Shown here: piece after piece, positions 1 to 11,493 of the stretch
Position numbering within the stretch: the stretch's first letter is position 1
Layout of the letters: the number at the start of each line of letters is the position of its first letter
From: Klebsormidium nitens
Taxonomy: Eukaryota > Plantae > Klebsormidiophyceae
DNA: 64,000 bases
Direction: 5' to 3'
Assembly: GCA_000708835.1 (NCBI GenBank)
Contig: DF237188.1
Location: 66,278-130,277 of the forward strand
Made by a program: the position numbers and the translations under genes
The notes under the pieces: generated by a model
The model's input: only the letters and a program-made list of their open reading frames with translations
Told to the model about the DNA's origin: nothing
Databases searched by the model: none

Positions 1-3000
1 CAGCAGTGGCAGGAGTGCCGATAGTCTTTCTACTGCCGCCAAGGAGCACGTCGGTTGCAGATCACATACACTCCAAGAGCTCACCTGTTCCGGGCCAGGC
101 TCGCCCCCCTGCTTGATCTCTGTGTCGTTGTCCTGCTTTGATCTCGGCCAGCTCTTCCGTTGCCGGGCCTTTGCCGGTGCGCACATGAGCCGCATGTGGA
201 GGGCGTACAGCAGCGCGCCGCTGCCGAACGACGCACCGGGCTCCGCTCCCGAGCTGGCGGGGCCCGACGAGAGGACCTTCTGCCGGAGGAACGTCTGCAG
301 ACAGGAAAACACACGCTCAGCGGACTTCAGCTTATGTATATGTTTTCAACATTGTCCGACTGGAGAACATAGTTCGTCCCCAGTATGCAGCAGAGCACAT
401 GCTGATGGCACATTCTATAGGTTTGTTACTCGGTTGTTTCTTATACTTCAGCCTTCTTGATGCAAAGTCTGCACATGAGGATGGTTATATCCAATCACGG
501 AAGACACTGCCGAGTGTCCCAGCACTTCGAAGAGGTCACCGTACCTTAGTCCCATGCGGCATGTCTTGCAGGTCATAGCTGCAGACGAACGTGTGCACCG
601 GCGTCTGCTCCGGGTTGCTCAGAACCTGCGATAGACGAGAAGGGGTGAGAGACAGAAAGCGAAGTCGAGCCTCTGGTCTGGAAGTAAGTCTTTCCTGCTA
701 GCCAGATAGCAAACGACTTTGCTCGCCCCCTTGTAAGCCAACCGTACTTGAAAGGGGCCCATGCGATTGACGGACAGCTCACTTTCCCCTCCTTTACTAC
801 CATGACGGTGACCATGTCGCCGGTGCAGAAGAGGGCATCACTCGAATGCCCAAAGCCCCGGTACGTATCTTAGGCCTTTAAAAAGTGATGCACTACCAGA
901 TGTTCCATTGCTGCCGATGTGCGAGCGTCACACAACCCCCTCAAGCGCAAAAGCCGTTTGGCTGGATTGTTATCTGCCCTCCAGTGCTCAAAGCTGACAG
1001 CTGCCAAGCACCAGTAGAGCGGCCAACAAAGAGTCCGGTGCTCACCAGCTGCACCTTCCCATTGGGGGGCACCCTCAGCCTGGCGTGGTGGCCATGCCCG
1101 GTGTTGTCCTCTGTCCCGGCTGAGCTGTTCCTGCGCGGACTCGCTTTGCCTGGCGGCACTGCATGGAAGAAGAGTGCGTTTTCAGGTTCAGCGGCGCATC
1201 AAAAAGAGCCACTCTTTCCCGTTCTTAGAAGGGCCACTGTTCAAGTCGGGGCAGGAAAAGTATGTAGGCATGCTTTCCGTTTGCTACCTGCCTTGGGAGA
1301 CTACTTTCTGAGCGGCTGTGAGTATGCGTTGTGCGAAACTGTAAGACCGTCGCCATGGGATACGCACCACGCGGAGCACCAGCTAAAGGACACGCTGATC
1401 AAGCACCCTTCACCACCTTCCTCCTGAACGTGTCTTTCATTTGAAGCGTGACATTTTCAGATGGCCGAAGAAAATATGCACGAGGCACACCAGATGGGAA
1501 GTGAATTGTTGCGCAGTAGAGCGACGACGTTCCATCCACGCAGACCACTGAGAAGGGCAGCTTCTGGCGCTCGGGCGTCCACTCGCCGCCACTGACACTC
1601 AGGAGGGCCTGGAAGCCATCCAGGCGCTGTACAGCCCAATGGAGTGATGCCACGCGTTAGCTGGATAGCCCCTGACAGAAGTCCTTGGTTAGGGGTACAA
1701 GAGACAAGAACTGGACCAGTTTGAATGTCCGACAGAGGGCTTGAGTTGTTTGAAGCAGCATGGACAAAGCCAGCCAAAGTCAGCCCCGCATCTGAGGGCA
1801 GTGGCAGCTCGAACGATTTGCGGGCTTGCACGGTTTCTGCGCAGTTCTTCACCAAGCATGCTCCAGCACGAGTGGCCAATGCACAAGAGGATCATGCTTA
1901 CACTAAGAAAAAGACACGATCGTGATTTTCTGGTTTGACGGCAAAGGCGTTACCTGAAACGCTGGCGCGGCTCTCGTGATTCGGCCAGACAGGAGGGACT
2001 CCTCAAACGACCCGACCAGCGACCTCTTGAGCGATCCAAGCGATCCGGGCCCTGTATAGACCAACAAATACAACGGTGAGTTCTTCAGCACTGAGCTATC
2101 TAGCACAGACAAACCCCTCTCCGTTAAAACTTCCGTTCAAAATACATCGAGTAGTGAGAAGCTGCATCAGTCGACGCTGGGCTGGTTGACTGGGTCGGGT
2201 CGTACTTCCCAGGATGACCCTCCTACTTTTACGACTATGCAAAGAGGCGCTGGCTTACCAGGAGGTGTGCCCTTAGGAGGAAGCGACACCGCCTGCTCCA
2301 GCATGTGCCAGTCGCCCCCTTGTGGCGGCGTTATACCCCCCCGGAAAAGGTGCGCAGACTCAGCCCCAGCGACACGGTTCCGGAGGGGGCTCCCCTCTAC
2401 GGGCGACGGGTCTAGGTGTCGAGCCACGAGTTTCGAAGGTGAGACGCTCATAACCGGGCCCGGACGGTGCGGGTGTGCGTAGCCTTTCCACGGCGACTGC
2501 TCCCAAGGCCGATTCTCAAGCTCCGAGAATAAGAGCGCTCGTCGAGCGCCAGCGCGGGCATCTATCGGCGCGACCGGGGGCCGGCCAGCCGTCTTCAACG
2601 GGAATGTACAAGGCGGAGACACGTGGTGTGCTTCTCGCATGGAAGGAATGCCACTGCTGACCGTGCGGCTTAGCGACGTGACAGCCGCCAGGAGGGGGCT
2701 GCGGGGGCCGAGCGGGGACAGTGACATGGCCGCTCGCCGATGCACAGGCGACGCTGTGCTGGAGTAGCGAAAGAGGCTGGCGGGGGGGCTCAGGGGCTCG
2801 GGCCGGCCATTTGTGCTGGGCTCGTCGGAATCGTCCAACGGGACAGGGAGAGTTTCCTCAGTTTGGGGAGGGGGTGCAGGGATGGGGATGGGAATGGCGC
2901 GGCTGGCGGGAGGCTTGGGAGACACTGCAAGTGAAATAGGAAGTGCTCAGTAATCGGACTCAATCAGGAAAAGGCCGGCAAATTAAGCTACAGGGATCGT

Positions 3001-5702
3001 TTCTGCCGCTGGTACACATAATCGGCGAGATAAGCAGCTGCAAGCGCGTTGAGCACTCCAGTCTTTCCATGTCTGCACGATGAACCCTTGGGCAAGCATT
3101 CAGGGGCCCCCGAAGCACAAAGGAGCGGTTTGAGAGTGTTATGAGATGCCAAGCGTGCATGAAAAGTCCCATAGAATGTTCCAAACGGTTGCATCAAGAA
3201 AATTCTCGATGCGTCAAGCTTTTGCAACAGTCTTTCTGCTTCGACAAGCTGACTGAGAGGATAAAGCAGATACCGGAGCTGGCCAAAGACACTTGACCTA
3301 AAATCTGAGGAATCAACGTTCTTGGTAGAATGACCAACCAGAAGTTCGCTTCTTCCTCTGCGAAGGGGAGCGCCGCAGAGATTGGGGAGCCGGAGATGGA
3401 GAAGAGCTGCAAGAACGACAGGCAAGGATTTCAATTGCGGGATATCTTGCGCCGTGTATGTTGGTAAAGACATTGGCAATATGAAGGCAATCAGAAAGAC
3501 CCTAAATCAAGATACTTGTTCGAAAAATTGCAGGATAGATTTCGCAAATGTGAGAAAGCTTCAATCATTGAATAGTAGGAACCAAAACAGAAATAGGCTT
3601 GTCACTTCTTCTTCCAAGGCTCTAGCTCTGACAAGTCGCCAGGACTGCTTGAAAGTACAGCAACGAAGCATATGCAAGCTCCTCTAAAAGGGACTTCCGA
3701 CACCAGAGCCTACATATGATCCACAGAAAGCAAAGAGATATTTGTACCTCTCAGACTCCTCCTGAGAAGTGCTGTCGTTGTCTAGGTTCAGGTCGTCTGA
3801 TCCAGCACCGTCAAGGTCGATCACGGGAATAGACTGCCAGTCCGTCAGCATCCTCTGCAGGGGCGACAGAGGGTTCCGTTCCCCAACCACTGGTCTCCCC
3901 TCCTCGGCGAAACCCTTTCTTTCCGGTCTGCTCTCGTGCCTCTTGCTGTTCTCGTCACCAAAGGGGCTACTAGGCAAGCTGCCTTTCACTGGACGGCTAG
4001 TCGCACTTTGCAGGGGGCCAGTACTTGGCAGCTTCGGCTGACCCAAGGAGAATGATGATGCGGCCGGGTGGTGCCTACAATTGGACAGGTCTACCGTCTG
4101 CTTCTCAGCCACTGGAGAGGGGCGCTCAGAAGTCTTGAAGCCGATAACTACAGAAGACGGCCGGGGGGTGCTTGATTGCAGGGCGGGTTCAGCTGGCTTC
4201 TGAAAGGAAGTTGCCCGCGGAACTCCTGTGCCTCTGCGTGCACTGCTGTCCATGTTGGTGCCCTGGCTGATGGATGAAGCCTCTGGTGCGGCCGCTACCT
4301 TGGCTGCAGGACTGCTCTTGGGAACGGTCGACATGGATTCAACAGAGACAAGTAGGACGCCACAGGCTAGGGAGACGGGAGCAAAAGTGAACTCATTCGG
4401 TTGCCCTGCATGAGAAAATGCCAGGATTATAATTGCATCATAGGCCACTATTGAAACATGAGCGGACACCAAAAATGGCTTATTCAAGTATCAACAACAT
4501 TGTCGACAAAGTTGTTTGCAGTGGAAGCACAGAAGGGAGGTTTATTTTGTTTCACAAAAGTCATACACTGCAAACATGCAATACATGGAGAGCGCAAAGA
4601 AACAAAGTTGCAGTTCCACTTAATGGTTTGAAAGAGGCAATTGCTGCTAGAAGGAGGTTCTGAAAGGGTGAGGAAAGAGTTACTTGCCAGGGAATGCTCG
4701 AAGGAAGGAAGTCTTCGGTCCATGGTATGCCTGGTACAGCAGGTTGCCTGTCTCAGACCGCTCTTTGCGGCCCCACATCCTTCCAGGAGCAGGCAGCAGC
4801 CGAACGCAGCTGTAAACAGACCGCAACAGACACGCCACCCCAAGGCTTTCCTGGCTGGCAGCCAGAACGCCTTCGCTGTCAGAATCTTCAGCAGCCAGGA
4901 ATGCTGCCCCTTCAACTGTGCGCTCACGTAAACAGCATTCGTCTGGGCGCATGTGGCGGTGGTGCAATTCGGCGTTTGTCTGCGGCAGCTCTTGTATCAG
5001 TCCAACTTGACTCCCGCACGATGAAACTTCCTCTCTTGCGATGTTCTCTTCTCGGCCACTGTGGCCGACGCTACTTTCAGAAGGGGACGGTTGAAAGGAA
5101 ACCCTCCATCTCTCCAGAAGCAACTTCACTCCTGGTTTCTCATCTTCCTGCTCTTTGTAGAAATCCAGATGAACCATTTGCTTGATTGCTCGTGTGGCTG
5201 ACACTGCCTCCTTCAGCAAAGGCTCGAGTCCCTGCTGGAGGCTGTTGTAACAGTCAATCTCAAGAAGACACTGCAACCAAGTGGGAGAAAGTCATCAGGA
5301 TTGCAACCAATGCCATCGTCGGTCAACCGAGGATTAGGCTAGCCAATGCGCTTGATTGTGTGGGTTTCCATTCACATTGCATTTTCCAGAACAATCATGC
5401 TGGACAATAGGCTAACATCTGGCTAAAGCAATGCCTCAGCTGGACGAGAATGTTCGATTTCCACTGCACATCGAATCAACCATCACACAACAATGTGTAA
5501 GGTATGATGCAAATCTGATGCTCAAAGTGGTCAAACATGTACGTACCGTCTTGCTTGTGCAACTTGTTTCATGAGTTGGAACAAAGTGCAGCCTACTCTG
5601 GATAATCTGCATAAAAAGGTAAAACGCACTGTCAAGCAAAAATGCCTTGATGCTGTTCAAGAAATCCAAGTCTAGGGCTCTGCACGCCTTCTCTTGACTC
5701 AT
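1..5702 (-). CDS. Atos/FAM214-family protein (DUF4210 plus Chromosome_seg C-terminal region) with an ATG13-HORMA-like N-terminus; multi-exon, 3' end lies beyond base 1
   Basis: Hand-spliced exons give [14 protein letters not shown] (~1960-2050, DUF4210 core), [33 protein letters not shown] (~1490-1635), [13 protein letters not shown] (~1040-1110), [27 protein letters not shown] (~546-625) and TFLRQKV...[13 protein letters not shown] (~76-297), which are Atos-family motifs. Upstream exons (~5275-4688, 4405-~3747, ~3407-3339, ~2926-2204) join in frame. The start is uncertain: ATG at 5702, or possibly an upstream exon at 6174. Confidence 0.85.
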
Positions 5703-7659
5703 TCCGCTGCCTCTGCCTTAGCTTGCACGTGCAACTATTGCAGGGGCCTTTCGTAAAGTACTTCTCACAGCATTGCAGGTCTTTGCCCATCGATTTACAT
5801 CAAGCAGTATTTAGACAAGCACAACAAGTCCTCAGCATTCCTTAAAGTTTTATACACTGCTTCTTGAAACAAGGATGTCTCACCACTTGAAACAGCTTGC
5901 TCAAGACTTCGTGCAATGGCTCCTTGGTCTCATTGTGCCCAACGGAGCGGTGGCTCAGTGCAGTGTCCTTCAGCAGTCCGTACGTGCAGGGGCCTCTTTC
6001 TTTCCTCAACAAGGTTTCGCTGGAAGAGATTTTGGACGCAGGACCTTTTGCTTGCTTGTCTGACCATGTACTCTTATGAATCTCTCGCTGTCTGAGCTTG
6101 AGCTGCTGAATAACAACCTGTTCGCTGTCATCCTCCTCCTCAACATCGTTTGGACCTATTATCGAGCCCGCCATTTGACCGACCTGATTGTTCTACATCA
6201 AATCATGCTCAAGGATGAAGATGGGCAGGCAGGAAGTCGTGACTCGCAAACAAGAGTGAGCCTAACGGTATGAGTGACCATATCTGCGTTCCTTTCACCA
6301 TTTCCTCCACAATCGAGCAGGACACAAGGACATTCCCCCATAGGGTGGAGACCAGGATGGAAGCCTCAAGGCTCGAACCACCTGCCTGCTCCCGGTGACG
6401 ACCACCATGCGGGCGACCACCTTGCGGGCCCCGCGACTTATGACCCCTGCTTTCACTGTCAGTGTCAGCGTGCTGTGTACATGCAATAGGTAATCAATTG
6501 CGTGTTCAAGTGCTCCGCTCAGGTTCGTCTGAGCTGGCCACCGTTTTACCCCTCCCCCCCTCCTCGACTCCGAGCCGGGTCAGCTCGATCTCGATCGAGA
6601 TCGCCGTCGGCGTGCATACGCATGAGGAAATACCGACATAGGTATTCAACATTTGTTAGATAGCCTATAGGTACCTAGCTCTTCCTTAAACCTGGTCCAG
6701 ACTTGGATCCAGACGCCAGGAACTAAAACTTTCTCAGGTCAAAATCACATTCTAGCTAATAATATTGCAAATATTTTGTCATAATAGATCAAGGCCTTCA
6801 TAATAATTCCATCATTTTCTCGAAGATAAGTGGGCACCATGCAGATAAGTGAATGCAAATCATTGATTTGGGGGGGGTGCCCGTCACAACCAGCCATGAC
6901 CTCTATGGAGAGAGATGAACACGTGGCACTGCAGTGGGGGGCAAATGAAGGCCAGAGGATATTGATGGTACGCTCGTCGGTGCCTACAAATTTTGATCTT
7001 TGCGCGCGTATATGTCTTGAACAGACCGCGCGCGAAATTTGTTGTGCATGTTCAATGCGGGCGGCTGGCCGAGCGCGGCTTTTGAAGTTTCACAAAATCC
7101 AAACCCCAAGCCTTGAGTCAGGCCTTCCAGAAGCTGACGTGGAACTCGCAGTCTTGAAAAGTGCTCTGAGACAGGATCTTTTGAACGCACGTGATTGGTT
7201 AGAAGGTCTGAAGTGGCCAATCGGGTGTTGCAGAAGTCTATCTGGTGAATCTTTTGTGGCCACCAAGTTGCGGGCCTCTACGAGTCCAGGCTTTGCTTGT
7301 TGCTGCAATGGCGAGGTGTGAAATGTTTTACTTCCTGGGCTAATAGGTTCCAAGTACCTATACCGCCAGGATAGTCCGGCTGCTCGGGGCAACGAAAAAG
7401 TGCTGATTTACATTACAAGTTATGCTGACAATACCAGTAGCGATTGCCAGAAGAGCCAAAAGACACCTGGAGGCTGAAGTCTTCTCGGCACATGTGCTCT
7501 CACGAGTGCTCGCAAGAGCCCCGTAGGCTTTTCAGCTTTCATTGTGAAGGAGCAAGGAAGCACGACCAGAGCTACCATAGACGCAGGGAGAAATCAAGAA
7601 GCAGAGCCACCTGAGTTTAAGAGTTTAGTTTCCAACACTGTTGCTTTCAGGCACAGGAA

Positions 7660-10104
7660 ATGGCTCAGGCTATCTGCGCTTCGTCCACCGTTGCAAAGAC
7701 ATTTGCAGGCGCGGTGAGTTTTATGCACAGAAAAGTCAATCGCATACGTCTAGCATTCATCATGTATTTGAAGAAAATGCTGCTTTTAACTCGTGTGGAA
7801 AGTTTGTCAGAGTTTTGCTGTACTATATCAGAGTAGGCATTTTCGTTGCATAATGCAGCAACTTTCCCCGCTTTATCCTTTTGTCCTGTTCACTTGGATA
7901 TGAATCCGGACTTTTGCACATACTTATGTCTTTTTATGTTTGTAGTTTTGCCTGCCTCGCTTTTCAAGGTTCTTCTCTGTTGTCCTTTAGTGCTTTTCTT
8001 GAGCAATTGCCATTTAATCAGTTCTTAGAACAGGGTGATTCTTACACAACCTCTTGAAAATGACAAGGACTGAAAAACGCCCGACTCCAAGGTTAGGGTT
8101 CCGGAATTTCAGTTGCATCCTCTTGTCCGCTTGTTAGAGCTGAGTCAATAAATCTATGTATCTGGTTACACAATGGACCACAAGTAACAGGTTCTGTAAA
8201 GCTCATTAGGTGTCTAAGTAGATTTGCACAAAAGAGTTGACCATGCCCATATTGGGGCACCTTGAAAAATCCTTCTTCTTAAGCAATGCATTTAACGGAA
8301 ACTACCTTACAACAGGTTCACTGCAGCATTGCTGCATTCTCCCAATTATGCCACATACTTTTGCAAGAATGCATGAGTTTTGTCCTGGTTCTGCCCCTTC
8401 CATTGGACAGAGTCTGTCTTTGCAATGAGAAGTCCTTGCCAGGCAGGCAATGGCCCAGCGTTCATGTTTCATGTCAACTGCATAGAACACACTCTATTTG
8501 TCTGCTAGACTCCTTACTGACCCCTCCAACTCCCCTCTTCTCAACGGCAGGCCAGCCTGCAGTCTTCTCGCAGCAATGCGGGAACCTCCCTCGCCCTCCC
8601 CTCCAAGGTCGTCAGCAAGAGCAGGGTGATCTGCTCCGCTGAGAGCAAGCCTGTGCAGGCCTCCAGGAGAGCAGCACTCGCCGGTCTCTTGGCTGGCGTG
8701 GCCGCTGTGACCCTGCACGAGGAGCCTGCGCTTGCAGCATACGGACAGTCTGCCAACATCTTTGCAGAGGCAAAGAAGGACACAGGTAAGTGACCAAGGG
8801 CGCTGCGAGCTACTGCACAAAATATGCGTGGCCGCATAGTATGTTTTGTGGCTCTGCACACAGTCCATGTTAAGTGCTTCTTTCAAACCAGGCTTGTTAG
8901 TTCATTCCCCTATGTAAGGCAGATTGATCCTACTCTTTAAAGGTTGCTTGGGACCAAGCGAGCCTGGGTCTGTTCGAAAGACCTTGTTCTGCCTTTAGTC
9001 ATTCTTTGATTCGACCAATCCTTACGCATCTTCCTCTTGTGCAGACTACATCCCTTACAAGGGTGACGGGTTCACTGTGGCCGTACCCTCAAAATGGAAC
9101 CCCTCCAAGGAGACCGAGTTCCCCAACACAGTCCTGAGGTACGAATAACTTACAGGGGGATCCCTGGGCAATCCTACTCATGACCAGGCATAGATACTTC
9201 TGCAGATTTTGTGTAGAGGCCCGTGCCCATTCTACTTGGCAATTTGATATTTTCTGCCTATACATTACAACCAGCATTGTGGATTTGGCATACCTATTGT
9301 CCAATTTGCAGTTGTGCCGCCTCTCTCAACCTCTTCAGTGCCCAGAGAAAGAGTGTTTGTGTATTGCGGGGATGTCTCAAGTCAAATCGCGTGTGCTGTG
9401 CGTGCAGGTATGAAGACAACTTCGATGCCCTCTCTCACATGGTGGTCATCAAGGCGCCTGCTGGCGGCAAGTCCAGCATCGATGCCTTCGGATCCAAGGA
9501 GGCCTTCCTGGAGAGCATCTCATACCTGCTGGGCAAGCAAGCGTATGCAGGAAAGACGCAGTCGGAGGGAGGGTTTGACGCTAACAAGGTGTCGTCCGCC
9601 AACATTCTGGACGCAGGCGAAGTCACCAGCAACGGCAAGAAGTACTACAAGTACGAGGTGTTGACAAGATCAGGTGCCGCTCTTCGCCCTTGCAAATGCC
9701 TCTCAGCAATCTTCAGACAATCAGGCGTGTTCGTCTTATTTCTTGTTACTTTTTATGGAACTTCAGTTTTCTGTCGGCCACAATTTTGAAGGATTACGTA
9801 AGTTGTTGGCCACAATGAGTTGTCTGTACATACGCTGTAGTAGGGCAACAGTTCGCAAGATGCTGACCATGTACAAAGTTGTTTGGTTTGCCTCTTGGCT
9901 TGTTTTCCACTGCAAAGTACCCTGATGGATCCTGGGTACTATGGTGCAGCTGACGGCAACGAGGGAGGCCGGCACCAGCTTGTAGTGGCGACCGTTAGCA
10001 ACGGGACTTTGTATCTGATGAAGGCTCAGGCTGGAGACAAGCGCTGGTTCAAGGGGACGGAGAAGCTCGTCAGGAATGCCATCGATTCATTCCAAGTTGC
10101 ATAG
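7660..10104 (+). CDS. psbP: Photosystem II oxygen-evolving enhancer protein 2 (PsbP, OEC23)
   Basis: Exons 7660-7713, 8551-8785, ~9044-9137, ~9408-9673 and 9950-10104, with compatible phases. There is a transit peptide, a twin-arginine SRRAAL motif and a PALA cleavage site. The mature protein starts AYGQSANIF and contains [38 protein letters not shown] and [10 protein letters not shown]. Confidence 0.97.
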
Positions 10105-10836
10105 GTTGTCATGTTGAAGGGAGGGTCTCGAGCGTGGGAGCATTCTCAGTGGGCCATGCAAATAAGTGTAAGATGCGAGTTTTCCGTCTCCTCCGGTCAA
10201 GGAGAGGGTCCGAGCTCACCGAGTGTCACACGATTGGTACCATATAGATGCTGTAGGCATGCAGTCTACGTGCCCGCCAGCAGCGTGTGTTGTAGATCTA
10301 GGACTGTGTTTGCACAACCGGATATAGGACGTCAACGGAAGCCACTCCGAACCCAGGGTATGCCCAGTCTTGGTACCATAGCAGCTGGAGGGTTTGTATA
10401 AATTGGAATTTGAGTGAGTTGTGTTTGCTAGGGCACCAATGGTTGTTGGGCATCATCCTGAACTCTTCGATTGACAGCAGTGTTTCGTTGTGCAATCACT
10501 TACTGAATTGATTTCGCCCTACTCAAACTTGTTTCGATCTGCCATCGTCACTACTTTCTTCAAGTCGAGGGATGGCGTTTATTGACTCCAACATTCTCGC
10601 AATCCTGAAAAGATCTGCGAAACACATAAAACTGTATCATTTTAAAATGGGCCCGTACTTTGCTCGAATTACGCATGTTCTGAGCTTTTCGTAATCTGCA
10701 TATTGCTAAATATCGTTTCGCGGATTGAATTAAATTGATGACTTCGGCACTGAAATTTTTGATAAGCATGATATCCAGTCTCCGATAAATATGTCAAACG
10801 GCCATAGGCATGCCAGTGAACATATGTGCGCCCATG

Positions 10837-11048
10837 GCATGGTGTCAAAACATGTGTGCAAGGGCGTCCGGAACTCCGAAAATCGGCCCTCGTTGGGGGG
10901 GGGCTGGTGGCCGGTTGGGGCAACATCTAGGGGCCAATATTTACCCCTAGGTAAAATGGTGCATTGAGAGAAGGAGGGGGGGCTGGTGGCCGGTTTTCTT
11001 TTCGGAGCTCCGGACGCCCGTGCACACATGTTAATTTTGACACGATGC
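10837..11048. mobile_element. Short foldback/MITE-like element
   Basis: Imperfect inverted arms at 10837-10882 and 10999-11048. Inside is a direct repeat, gggggctggtggccggtt, in two copies (~10895 and ~10976). It is non-coding and lies between the 3' ends of psbP and CSE1. Confidence 0.55.
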
Positions 11049-11493
11049 CCATCATTCGAATGAAGAATCATGCAATGATTCAATACTATATTCATTTCCA
11101 TGCACCACTCAAGTCTTGAACTGAAAAACAAAGGCCGGCGCCTGTTGACGTGGGCCGCCCCATGTGGGTCATGTGTTGACAAGAAAGCATGATTTAACAC
11201 CATACCATTGGTATAGATTGCACCTCATGCTTGCATGCTAAGGGACCTACCTTGATGCAAGCCATGCTGATACGGTAACGATCTTATAGAATCCTCTTAA
11301 CAGATCCGATGCAGCGTATGAGTCAACATGACAGCATCAAGAATACAAGTGACAAGTACAACATGCTACAGCTCTATCTATTGCCCCAATCTAGCTTGCG
11401 CACTTCGAAGCTTCTCGTAAGTACTAGCGCTGATGTGAGGCTCAGGCATCCTATGCAAGCAAGCGAACTGTCTGCAGGTCCTACTGGCAAGTC

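Noticed and set aside
5842-6174. Separate 110-aa gene upstream of Atos
   Set aside because: Only the first ~20-35 codons look coding, so it is more likely an upstream exon or UTR of the Atos gene; unresolved without cDNA.
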